This document shows, piece after piece, positions 36,001-43,798 of a DNA stretch of 64,000 nt. Made by a program: the position numbers and the translations under genes. Source of the stretch: Gemmatimonadota bacterium (GTDB lineage: Bacteria; Gemmatimonadota; Gemmatimonadetes; Gemmatimonadales; GWC2-71-9). The stretch is from the NCBI GenBank assembly GCA_039591075.1, contig JBDHEI010000027.1:356-64355 (forward strand). Direction: 5' to 3'. Under the pieces are notes generated by a model. That model was given only the letters and a program-made list of their open reading frames with translations. It had not been told where the DNA came from and did no database searches. Positions within the stretch are counted from its first letter, which is position 1. Each line of letters opens with the position of its first letter.

Positions 36001-38065
36001 GGACGTTGTCTTCCACCACCCGCTCCCCAAGGTGACCGAACTTCTTCTGCAGTTGCTTGCGGATCCCCTCGAACAGTTGCTGCTCCTCGAGGCCTTCGCG
36101 CTCGGCCAGGCCGGAGACGCGGAAGAAGGCACCCATGAAGGCCGCGCCCTGCATCCGGTACCGCAGCTCTGCGTCCGACGCCTCCTCCATCGCGATCTTG
36201 AAGGCGTCAAGCTGGGAGAGCCGGATCTTGCGGTCCTTGATGGTCTGTTGGGCATCGGCGGGCAGGCTCTGCCACAAGTCCGCCGCGCCGCGATCGCTCT
36301 GGAGCACGAACACGCCGTCGGGCGCGAGACCGGCCAACGGGTCGGAGTTGCGGAACACGTTCGGATCGGGTGAGAGCACCACGTTCACGTGCTTCAGCTC
36401 GCAATTGAGCCGAATGGGCTCGTGCGCCAACGTGGTGTAGAACGTGGTCGGCTGGCCCTTCTTTTCCGAGCCGTACTTGGGGTTGGCCTTGATGTACATC
36501 CCCATCAGCTCGGAGGCGGTCATCGCCAGGTTCTTGCCCATCGTGATCGCGCCCCACCCACCCACGGAGTGAATGCGGATGGAGGTCGCGCCCTTGGGCA
36601 GGAGGTTCACGCTTTCCGTGGGGAGGAGCGACAGATTGGCCACCTCGGGATACGCCGCAAGCAGCTCTTCCTGCCAAATCTGGAGCTTGGGCAGCTTGGT
36701 GCCCTCCCGCACGAAGTCGATGCCGAGATAGTACTGGCGCTGCTTCTTCCCGCCGTCGAGCATGTTGTCCACGGCGGCGATGAGGTCGGCCGGCTGGAGG
36801 TCGCGGCTGCCGAGGCCGAAAGTCCCCGAGTAGAACGCCGGTGCGTCACCCGGGCGATACTCGGCGATGCCAGCGAACGGCAGCTTCCCGTTACCCGCCA
36901 CGCCGTTCTCCATCGCCTTGCTCACGGCGGCGCGGATCTCCCGCAGGATCGGCTGGTCTACTGCGAGCGGCTGGTCCACGCGCTCGAGCACCGCCACGGC
37001 CTTCTTGCCCTTCAGCAGATGCGTGATGAGGTCGGCCGGGAATGGCCGGAACATCGTGATGTTGAGCACGCCGATCTTGAGCCCGCGCGTCTCGCGCAGG
37101 TAGTCGCACACCGCCTCGGCGTTGGGGATGAGCGAACCCTGACCGGCAATCACGTATTCCGCATCGTCCAGCCGGTACCCCATGGCGCGGGCATACTGGC
37201 GGCCGGTGAGCACGGCCAGCTCCGCCATCGCCTGGTCGGTGAACTCCGCGACGTGGTCGAAATAGAACGGACGCTGCGCCGCCACGCCCTGCTGGTAGCT
37301 GTCCTGGTTCTGGACGACGCCCAACATGGCGGGGTAGTCGAGGTCGAACATCTCGGGAATGCGTCGCCGCTTCTCGCCGAACACCCATCGCTGCGCCGGC
37401 GTGGGCGAATCGATCATCTCGGCCGGGTCGCCGAGGAACTCCTTCACCAGCTCGCGCTCGGGCAGCTTGATAGATTCGATCACGTGCGTGGTGAGGAACC
37501 CGTCCTGCGCCAGGATACCGGGCGTGAGCGACAGCTCCGCCACGCGATGCGCGATCAGGTTGAGATCACCGGCTTCCTGCGCGTCCTTGGCGAACAGCTG
37601 GAAGAACCCCGTGTCGTCCACGGCGTGATAGTCGTCGTGGCCGGCGTGCACGTTGAGCGCGTGCTTGGTCATGGCGCGCGCGCCAATGTTGAGCACGTAG
37701 GTGAGACGCTTGCCCACGGCGGCATACAGCGACTCGTGCATGTACGCGATGCCCTGCCCACTCGAGAAGTTGGCAGCACGCAGCCCCACCATGCTCATGC
37801 CGGCGGTCACCGCCGCAGCGGCATGCTCGCCCTCGGGCTCGAAGAACAGCAGCCGACGGCCATGCACGTTGGTCTGGCCTGCGGCGACCGCCGCAGCCCA
37901 GCCCTCGCCCATCTGCGTGGACGGGGTGATCGGATACGCGCCGGCTGCCTCGCTTCCCGCGGTCTCCATGTCGACGACGGCTTGCGTGCCGTCGACGGCC
38001 ATGGGGATACCAGGGTACTTCGGCTGCTCGGGAGGTTTGGGATTCGATGTGCGCTTGAACATCAT
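33044..38065 (-). CDS. Large single-chain pyruvate/2-oxoacid:ferredoxin oxidoreductase (1673 aa) with extra C-terminal ferredoxin-like domain
   Basis: AYPITPS, EGEHAAA, GGWGAIT, YGSEKKG, CTGCGQC...CP, CKGCNIC...CP, GACMGCGE, NATGCSSVWG, GGDGAMLDIG, YSNTGGQ; terminal CTSCEEC...CP. Confidence 0.93.
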   Translation of the reverse strand: MMFKRTSNPKPPEQPKYPGIPMAVDGTQAVVDMETAGSEAAGAYPITPSTQMGEGWAAAVAAGQTNVHGRRLLFFEPEGEHAAAAVTAGMSMVGLRAANFSSGQGIAYMHESLYAAVGKRLTYVLNIGARAMTKHALNVHAGHDDYHAVDDTGFFQLFAKDAQEAGDLNLIAHRVAELSLTPGILAQDGFLTTHVIESIKLPERELVKEFLGDPAEMIDSPTPAQRWVFGEKRRRIPEMFDLDYPAMLGVVQNQDSYQQGVAAQRPFYFDHVAEFTDQAMAELAVLTGRQYARAMGYRLDDAEYVIAGQGSLIPNAEAVCDYLRETRGLKIGVLNITMFRPFPADLITHLLKGKKAVAVLERVDQPLAVDQPILREIRAAVSKAMENGVAGNGKLPFAGIAEYRPGDAPAFYSGTFGLGSRDLQPADLIAAVDNMLDGGKKQRQYYLGIDFVREGTKLPKLQIWQEELLAAYPEVANLSLLPTESVNLLPKGATSIRIHSVGGWGAITMGKNLAMTASELMGMYIKANPKYGSEKKGQPTTFYTTLAHEPIRLNCELKHVNVVLSPDPNVFRNSDPLAGLAPDGVFVLQSDRGAADLWQSLPADAQQTIKDRKIRLSQLDAFKIAMEEASDAELRYRMQGAAFMGAFFRVSGLAEREGLEEQQLFEGIRKQLQKKFGHLGERVVEDNVRVIRRGYDEVEPVDIEAFGVSQDVVIPPPQMPAMLDGSKVRAGIGNPGRFWEQVCYLYKTGDDGIADPFAAVSAIPAATSTIRDMTDVRFEVPEFIAEKCTGCGQCWVQCPDAAIPGLVNEVEEVLDTAIRFVSNGRSLDRLRQITKHLGNESRKIMKGVPFTTFGAVLSEAYKTVVGKMKLDPERRAALDAEFAPVYAALEDFPLAKTGAFFDLPESREKNTGGLLSITINPDACKGCNICVHVCPDEALITVKQTDEIVDKLRKDWRLWEMLPDTNDRYVNVSDIEEGIGVLSSLLLKKETYRSMAGGDGACMGCGEKTVVHLVLSAVNALMQPRVKRHIAKLDELIAGLDTKARTLLAADADLNAVDVAGGKADITLDDEQKQAVARIRKMIDDLRDLRWRYVEGPTGKGRSVMAMTNATGCSSVWGSTYPFNPYPFPWVNHLFQDAPSIAIGIFEGHMRKMADGFVAVRRGELELAGEYDPAVHEPFFTRFEWRQFSDEEFDLCPPIFATGGDGAMLDIGFQNMSRLLASGKPIRVMVLDTQVYSNTGGQACTSGFTGQVSDMAAYGAAQHGKEETRKELALIAMAHRNVFVLQASQANPSHLLAGVLKSLQSRYPSVLALHCPCPPEHGVGDDQAPDAAKLMLESRSYPVLVYDPADGYTMAERLSLDGNPSIDDTWPSYDLKYVDENGQGQVMELPVTTADWAATEARFKKHFKRVRGDVDEDSMTPFHEFLAASPEDREGKTPFIYVLQLDRTLGRVAVASEMVELAEDRLHVWSLLKEMAGLAVDVSVEAEQEFEAQAAQIKAEYEARIADLKQRYPQLVAHRLAEGLVRAGNGQRTIADLLSEVQAMPIQPIKLDVGGLSLDTGPAVAQAPSGGGASVATAAVVAPAVEEEEGLALEPYIDTVRCTSCEECIKVNKKMFVYDDKKQAYIKDPKAGSFKELVTSAERCPVRIIHPGTPLNPKEKDLEKWMKRAEPFN

Positions 38066-38928
38066 GCAACCGCCTTCTCGAGAGGCTGTGCGGACGCTTG
38101 GAACTGCGCGCCCTCGACCCAGACGATGGCGCCGGTCGGGCATCGCGCGATGGCCGACACGTCCGCCAGATCGTTCTTGCTGTAATCCACCACCGCCAAC
38201 CCGTCCCTGATCTCGATGAGCCCGGGCGTGGCATCCGCCACGCACCGCTCGCAGGCGGTGCAGGCCACCTGGCACAGGGCTTCGATCTCGTCACCTTCCA
38301 ACGCGCTCTTGCACTGCACGATCAGCTTCTGCTCGATCGGCATGAGCACGAACAGATCCTTCGGGCACGCGTCCACGCAGTCTCCGCACGCGGTGCACTT
38401 GTCCGGAATGACTATTGGAATGCCATACTGGTTCATGTAGATCGCGTCGAAGTCGCATGCGATTTCGCAATCGGCGAGGCCGCAATCGGCGAGGCCGAGG
38501 CAGCCCCAGCGGCAGCCCTTGCCGCCGCCGGCCACGGCTGCTGCGGCCTTGCACGTGTCGAGCCCCAGATAGTCGGCCTCCTGCACCGCTACGTTGCTCC
38601 CGCCGGCGCAGAGGAGCCGTGCCACGCGCTTGTTTGCTTCACCCGCTTCCACCCCGAGGAACCCAGCCAGCGAGACGACGTCGTCTGCACCCAGCACGGT
38701 GCAGGTAGCGGGCTGAATACGGCCCAGCACCACGCCCTCCGCGAACGCACGACACCCGGCCTCGCCGCAGGCGCCGCAGTTGGCGCCCGGCAGCATGTCG
38801 GTCACCGCGTCGATCCGCGGGTCCTCCCACACCTTGAACTTCCGGTGCGTGAGCGCGATCGCCGCGGCGAACGTGAGGCCCATGCCGCCCAGGATGGCGA
38901 CCGCGAGCAGAATGGCGGTAATGCTCAT
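38062..38928 (-). CDS. rnfB: Rnf complex subunit B
   Basis: N-terminal TM; LPGANCGACG..GC; CRWGCLGLADC; CTACGDCVDACP; CQVACTACERC. Confidence 0.95.
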   Translation of the reverse strand: MSITAILLAVAILGGMGLTFAAAIALTHRKFKVWEDPRIDAVTDMLPGANCGACGEAGCRAFAEGVVLGRIQPATCTVLGADDVVSLAGFLGVEAGEANKRVARLLCAGGSNVAVQEADYLGLDTCKAAAAVAGGGKGCRWGCLGLADCGLADCEIACDFDAIYMNQYGIPIVIPDKCTACGDCVDACPKDLFVLMPIEQKLIVQCKSALEGDEIEALCQVACTACERCVADATPGLIEIRDGLAVVDYSKNDLADVSAIARCPTGAIVWVEGAQFQASAQPLEKAVA

Positions 38929-38937
38929 GCCGCGTTC

Positions 38938-39960
38938 CTACGACAGGTCCGACAGGTTGGCCTGCGACAGGAGCCACGCGGCGAGCTTGTCGACCGGATC
39001 GGAGGGTGCGACCGGCGTGTCCGGACTCGCCGGCGAGTCGACCACGACCGCCGGTCCTGCTCCGACCCTGATGTCCGCCAGTGACCGCAGTTGTCGGATC
39101 TCCTCAGCCTGCTGGGATCCGCTCCGGCCGCCGACAGACATCTTGGGCTCGGTCGCGGGTACATGCTCCACGCTCAAGCGACCGGCCAGATGCTGCCCGC
39201 CCCTGGGATCGTGAACGAACCGTGCCGCCGACTCGGGGACCAGGGCGCCAATGCCAGGCCCGTCGTGCGTCGCCAGCCGGTCCAAGCCCGCGCCGTCATG
39301 GGTTTGGATGACGAAGGTGCCCGGCGTAATGAGCCGAACCAGCGGGGCGGGGGAACATGGGCCACGCACCACCAGCACGATCTTCTGCGATCCATCCAGG
39401 AAGTCCGTGAGCATTTCGGCCCGCAGATCGGCGCCGTCGACCGCCACCACCAGCGGGGGCGCGAGCCGTCGTTCGCCTTTGCTCCATTTCTGGAAGGGGA
39501 ACGAGCCCAGGGAGCGTGCGTGCTCGTTGCCCCGATAGCTCCCCGACCGGGTCAGCTCGAAGATCCGCACGGCCCCGAAGGCGCGTCCAATCTCCTCGAG
39601 TGCCTTCGCGACGGCGGTCCGGAGGTCTCCGCCCGGATTCACCTTCACCAGGAAAAGATCATGATTCCGCTGCGACAGTTCGTTCATCGTGTCGCGGGCT
39701 TTCTCGATCGTCTCGACGGTGAGCGTGTCGAGCTTCAGCGAACCTCCGAACAGCTTGGCCAACTGGTCGGTGTCGATGCGATCTGCGGCGAACGGTCCCA
39801 ACTCGGCAGCCACGCGGTTCACGCCCCCGTTGTGGGACTGCCGATGCTCGGCGAGGAACGTCTGCACCTGCTCGACGGTCGTGCCGAGTGCAGACCGGAA
39901 CGCATCACGCTGCCCGGCCAGTGCCGTGAGAGCGAGCTCCACTCGGTCGTCAGAGGGCAT
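38938..39960 (-). CDS. Hypothetical protein; degenerate paralog of the PFOR TPP-binding domain
   Basis: Collinear similarity to the C-terminal part of the PFOR in this operon, without the GDG motif; overlaps the korB stop. Confidence 0.75.
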   Translation of the reverse strand: MPSDDRVELALTALAGQRDAFRSALGTTVEQVQTFLAEHRQSHNGGVNRVAAELGPFAADRIDTDQLAKLFGGSLKLDTLTVETIEKARDTMNELSQRNHDLFLVKVNPGGDLRTAVAKALEEIGRAFGAVRIFELTRSGSYRGNEHARSLGSFPFQKWSKGERRLAPPLVVAVDGADLRAEMLTDFLDGSQKIVLVVRGPCSPAPLVRLITPGTFVIQTHDGAGLDRLATHDGPGIGALVPESAARFVHDPRGGQHLAGRLSVEHVPATEPKMSVGGRSGSQQAEEIRQLRSLADIRVGAGPAVVVDSPASPDTPVAPSDPVDKLAAWLLSQANLSDLS

Positions 39961-40903
39961 AGGTGTCGAGCTCCGCGTTGAGGATGGCAATCTTCTCGTC
40001 CGCCGTCTTGGCGGGTACCCGCCGGACCTCTTCGTACACGGGCAGATCGTCATTTCGGTAAAACACGCCAAGCCGGATCTTGTCGTCGAGTTGAGCCAGC
40101 CGAAACGCGTTCACGATGTCTGCAGGATCGTGATAGACCTCGTTCTTGTAGATCTGCTTCAGTTCCGGCAGGTCGACACCGTCGGGGTGGACCAGCAGCT
40201 CGATCGTATTGGGATCGCGCATGGCGTTGAGGTACAGCTGGTCCGTGTACTGGGGACACCGCTGCAGGATGCGCACGAACGAGAACCCCCGATGCTCGTA
40301 GGCCGCCTTCAGCACAGCGTAGATGTGATCGGGCGCCCAGTCGCCCGTCTGCGCCACGAACGAGGCGTTCTCCACACCGAGGGTCGTCGCGATCGGGTTC
40401 ATCGCCTCGAGGAAGGCCCCTTGGGGCTGTGTGTTGCTCCGCACGCCCTTCGGGCTCGTGGGCGACGTCTGGTTCTTGGTGAGCCCGTAGACGCCGTTGT
40501 CCAGCATGAGGGCCACCATGTTGGGGTTGTAGCGCGTGGTGTGGATCCAGTGTGCCGCCCCGATGGAGCAGCAGTCTCCGTCGCCCATGACCACGAACAC
40601 CTGTAGCTCGGGCCGCCGCAGCTTGATACCGGTTGCCAGCGGTAACGCCCGGCCGTGGAGGCCGTGGAAGCCGTACGAGTTGATGTAGTGAGGGAACCGG
40701 CTCGAGCAGCCGATGCCCGAGACGAACACCGTCTCTTCGGGCGGGAGCTGCAGGTCGGCCAGGAAGCGTTGCACGGCGGCGAGCACGGCGTGGTCGCCGC
40801 ATCCCGAGCACCAGCGGGCGGTCGCCGCCTGGTAGTCGTCCATCTCCCAAGAGCGGTCGTCGGCGATCGCGCTGCCAAGCAGTGAGCATCCGAGTTGAAT
40901 CAT
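39950..40903 (-). CDS. korB: 2-oxoacid:ferredoxin oxidoreductase beta subunit
   Basis: WCSGCGD, SGIGCSSR, HGLHGRALP.ATG, GDGD, DNGVYGLTKNQTSPT; substrate not determinable. Confidence 0.92.
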   Translation of the reverse strand: MIQLGCSLLGSAIADDRSWEMDDYQAATARWCSGCGDHAVLAAVQRFLADLQLPPEETVFVSGIGCSSRFPHYINSYGFHGLHGRALPLATGIKLRRPELQVFVVMGDGDCCSIGAAHWIHTTRYNPNMVALMLDNGVYGLTKNQTSPTSPKGVRSNTQPQGAFLEAMNPIATTLGVENASFVAQTGDWAPDHIYAVLKAAYEHRGFSFVRILQRCPQYTDQLYLNAMRDPNTIELLVHPDGVDLPELKQIYKNEVYHDPADIVNAFRLAQLDDKIRLGVFYRNDDLPVYEEVRRVPAKTADEKIAILNAELDTYAL

Positions 40904-40905
40904 GA

Positions 40906-42822
40906 TCAGGCTCCCTTGGGCATGTGTGCCCGGATCGCCTCGTGGATCTGGCCCGGGCGCAGCGGATGGCCGGGCACCCGGGTCCAGCAGTCCACATCCA
41001 CCAGTGTCGTAGCGCGCAGCAGCCAGGCAAGCTGGCCGCGACGGCGGTTCTCATCGGTGATGTAGGGCGCGTTCGGGTCGTCGGAGTAGTTGACCTCCAC
41101 GGTCATCACTCTCGTGAACCGGCTGAAGATCTCCTGGAGCCCCGGATCGAGCGGGGAGAGGAATCGGAGGTGGAGCGACGAGACGGCGAGCCCTTCCTCA
41201 CATGCTCGGTCCACCGCTTCCTCGATGGCGCCCAGCGTGCTGCCCCACCCGACCACCAAGAGGTCGCCGCGGTCGGCTCCGTACACTTTTGGCGGTTTCA
41301 GTGACTGCTGGAACACGGCCATCTTGCGCGCCCGCATCTCACAGCCGCGCTCGTGCACGTCGGGGCTGTAGGCGATCTCGCTGTCTTCGTCGTGTGACAG
41401 GCCCGTCGCGCGGAACATCCCGTTCTGCCGACCCGGAATGATGCGGGCCGACAAACCGGTCTTGGGATCCCAGTCATACGGCTTCCGGCCGTCCGGCACC
41501 GGGCTCAGGTCGAGCGGTGCCGCGATCCAGTCTCGGGTCACGTTGGGCCGCGGGAATGGCTGAACACCTGTGGCCAGGTTCGCGTCCGACAGGACCATCA
41601 CCACGCAGCGGAACGCCTCGGCGATGCGGCGGGCCGTGATCATGCAGAGGAAGCACTCCTCCATGGTCGCCGGCGCCATCACTACCTTGGGTGCGTCGCC
41701 CGGCTGGCCCCAGATGGCCGCGAGCAGGTCCGACTGCTCGATCTTGGTGGGGAGGCCAGTGCTCGGTCCGCCGCGCTGCACGTCCACCAGCACGAGCGGT
41801 GTCTCGGTCATGACGGCGAGCCCGATGAACTCGGTCTTGAGCGCCAGACCCGGCCCGGACGTGATGGTGAATGCAACCTTGCCAGCGAACGATGAGCCAA
41901 TCGCGACGCCCACGGCGGCGATCTCGTCTTCGGCCTGGTGCACGATGCCACCATAGTTCTCGAAGATCTCGCTCAGATGGTGCGACGCCGACGTGGCCGG
42001 GGTGATGGGGTACATGGCGCACAACTCCATGCCCGACGCCACCGCGCCCATGGCGATCGCCTGGTTCCCGTTCATCACCACCATGGGCACCGGCGGCGGC
42101 TCGATCGGCACGTCGACCTTGAAGTCGAGGTTCGCCTCGGCCCACGCATGCCCGAGGTCGAGCAGGGCCAGGTTGGCGTCGATCACCGCTTGGGACTTCT
42201 TCCGGAACTCGAACTCGATCTGCTCCCGAAGGAGATCCAGGTTGCGTGAGTAGATGTTCGCCAGCATCCCGAGGACGAACATGTTCTTCCCCTTGCGGGG
42301 ATTGTCGACCACCGTGAGGCACTGCTCTTCCATCGGCACCTTGATGAAGCGGTAGCGTTTGCCGCTCATCTCCTCCATGGCCGCCGCCCACTCCTTACGG
42401 ATATCCTCGTCATCGTGGGCTTCCCACATGCTCTCAATGAGCACGGCGCAGTCGTCGTTGAGCGCGTTCGCCCGGTGGCGGTGGAGCAGCGCCTGCTCGT
42501 TGAACGCCACCACCAGGTGGGCGGCATCGCCCCAGTTCGTCACCGGCTTGGTGCCGATGCGTACCCGGTTGCCGCTGGCGCTCGGTGGGGTGCGGGGCGG
42601 GGGCTGGATCTCAGCCGGGATGATCTCCACGGTCCAGATGCCGTTCCCCATCTTGGCCGACACGCGGCCAAAGGTCTGCGCACACTTCTGCGCGCCCTCG
42701 CCGGGGTCGGAGACGACCTCGACGGTGTGCTCGGCGACCTTGATGATGCTCTTGTTCTGGGGGGACGGCTTCTTGGCCTTCTTCTTTTTCGCGGCGGGTG
42801 CCGCGGCGGATGAACTGGCCAT
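40906..42822 (-). CDS. korA: 2-oxoacid:ferredoxin oxidoreductase alpha subunit (gamma-alpha fusion)
   Basis: GEGAQ, GNQAIAMG, YPITPAT, QAEDEIAA, TSGPGLALKTE, QRGGPSTGLPTK.EQSD, GWGST. Confidence 0.93.
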   Translation of the reverse strand: MASSSAAAPAAKKKKAKKPSPQNKSIIKVAEHTVEVVSDPGEGAQKCAQTFGRVSAKMGNGIWTVEIIPAEIQPPPRTPPSASGNRVRIGTKPVTNWGDAAHLVVAFNEQALLHRHRANALNDDCAVLIESMWEAHDDEDIRKEWAAAMEEMSGKRYRFIKVPMEEQCLTVVDNPRKGKNMFVLGMLANIYSRNLDLLREQIEFEFRKKSQAVIDANLALLDLGHAWAEANLDFKVDVPIEPPPVPMVVMNGNQAIAMGAVASGMELCAMYPITPATSASHHLSEIFENYGGIVHQAEDEIAAVGVAIGSSFAGKVAFTITSGPGLALKTEFIGLAVMTETPLVLVDVQRGGPSTGLPTKIEQSDLLAAIWGQPGDAPKVVMAPATMEECFLCMITARRIAEAFRCVVMVLSDANLATGVQPFPRPNVTRDWIAAPLDLSPVPDGRKPYDWDPKTGLSARIIPGRQNGMFRATGLSHDEDSEIAYSPDVHERGCEMRARKMAVFQQSLKPPKVYGADRGDLLVVGWGSTLGAIEEAVDRACEEGLAVSSLHLRFLSPLDPGLQEIFSRFTRVMTVEVNYSDDPNAPYITDENRRRGQLAWLLRATTLVDVDCWTRVPGHPLRPGQIHEAIRAHMPKGA

Positions 42823-43205
42823 CACACCCTCGCTCGAACTCGTGGTCGTGTGGAGGTCGAGGAGTCCGGGCGGAGCTCGGCTCGGCACCGAGAGGCAAAC
42901 CACCACCTCGGCGGAGAGCCGACCAACAGCTCCTCCACCCCTCCCGACCGTCTATGCGGTAGGTGGTCCGACTGGGGGGCGCGGCGCCGTGGCGCGCGCG
43001 CACGTGATCCTGTCGATCAGAATCCCACTCACCGCTGCTCAAGCAACAAGTCTAATCAAAACGGGCCAGCCGAGGGGAAAACCGGGATGAAGATGTCTTT
43101 ACAAGACCTTGTGCCACTTGGGGTTTGGGGATGTTCGCCCCCAAGGTCCGCCCGCCAGGAGCTCTCGCTCAGGGACGGATCAATGACCAGCGCATCGGTT
43201 GTCGA

Positions 43206-43293
43206 CGGACAGGGTGGGATTCGAACCCACGGAACCCTTGCGAGGTTCACACGCTCTCCAGGCGTGTGCCTTCAGCCGCTCGGCCACCTGTCC
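43206..43293 (-). tRNA. tRNA-Ser (anticodon GGA)
   Basis: Reverse complement GGACAGGTGGCCGAGCGGCTGAAGGCACACGCCTGGAGAGCGTGT-long variable arm-GTGGGTTCGAATCCCACCCTGTCCG; CCA not encoded. Confidence 0.96.
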
Positions 43294-43429
43294 TTGCGAA
43301 GCTAAACGGAAGAAGTAAAGCAAGTTACGGCAAGGCGGTCAACCCTGGCGATCCGCACTGGTGTCGATTTGAATCGAGCCAAATCCACACCGCGTGTTCG
43401 CCGAAGGTTCGACGCTGCACGAGCGGATC

Positions 43430-43580
43430 GTGCGTTCGGTCCTCGTCCGCTTGCTGATAGCACGCCAGCCGGGTCGTGAAATCCTTCCACCTCCGATGCA
43501 GACCGTGCCGACATGCTCGTTTGGGAGGCGTGATCCCGGCGCGGCGGGCGGCCTTCACCAACCACCTATCCGACGTTCCC
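43430..43580 (-). pseudogene. Probable remnant of a tyrosine recombinase C-terminus
   Basis: WLVKAARRAGI...RHGLHRRWKDFTTRLACYQQADE resembles box II with a shortened His-to-Tyr spacing; next to a tRNA. Confidence 0.45.
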
Positions 43581-43798
43581 TTCGGACTCGGCCGCACCTG
43601 CGCCGTGCGAGCAAACGGCGTGACTGGGGCGGGCGCCCGGCTCTGCCAACGAAGCGCCGGGGGCGCGCTGGACTTGCGTATGGTAGATTGTTAATATGAT
43701 TGTGGCTAACCTAGTTAGGGGTTACTTGATTGCGGCAACCCTGCTACTAGTTATGGACTAGGGGCGACAACCGACTTCCTACCCGCAGGAGCACACCC

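Noticed and set aside
43000..43110. FNR/CRP or Rex boxes upstream of korA (gtgatcctgtcgatcag; tgaagatgtctttacaa)
   Set aside because: Half-site spacing or sequence does not match the consensus well enough
43206..43293. Long-variable-arm tRNA as tRNA-Sec
   Set aside because: Anticodon is GGA and the acceptor stem is 7 bp, so it is ordinary tRNA-Ser
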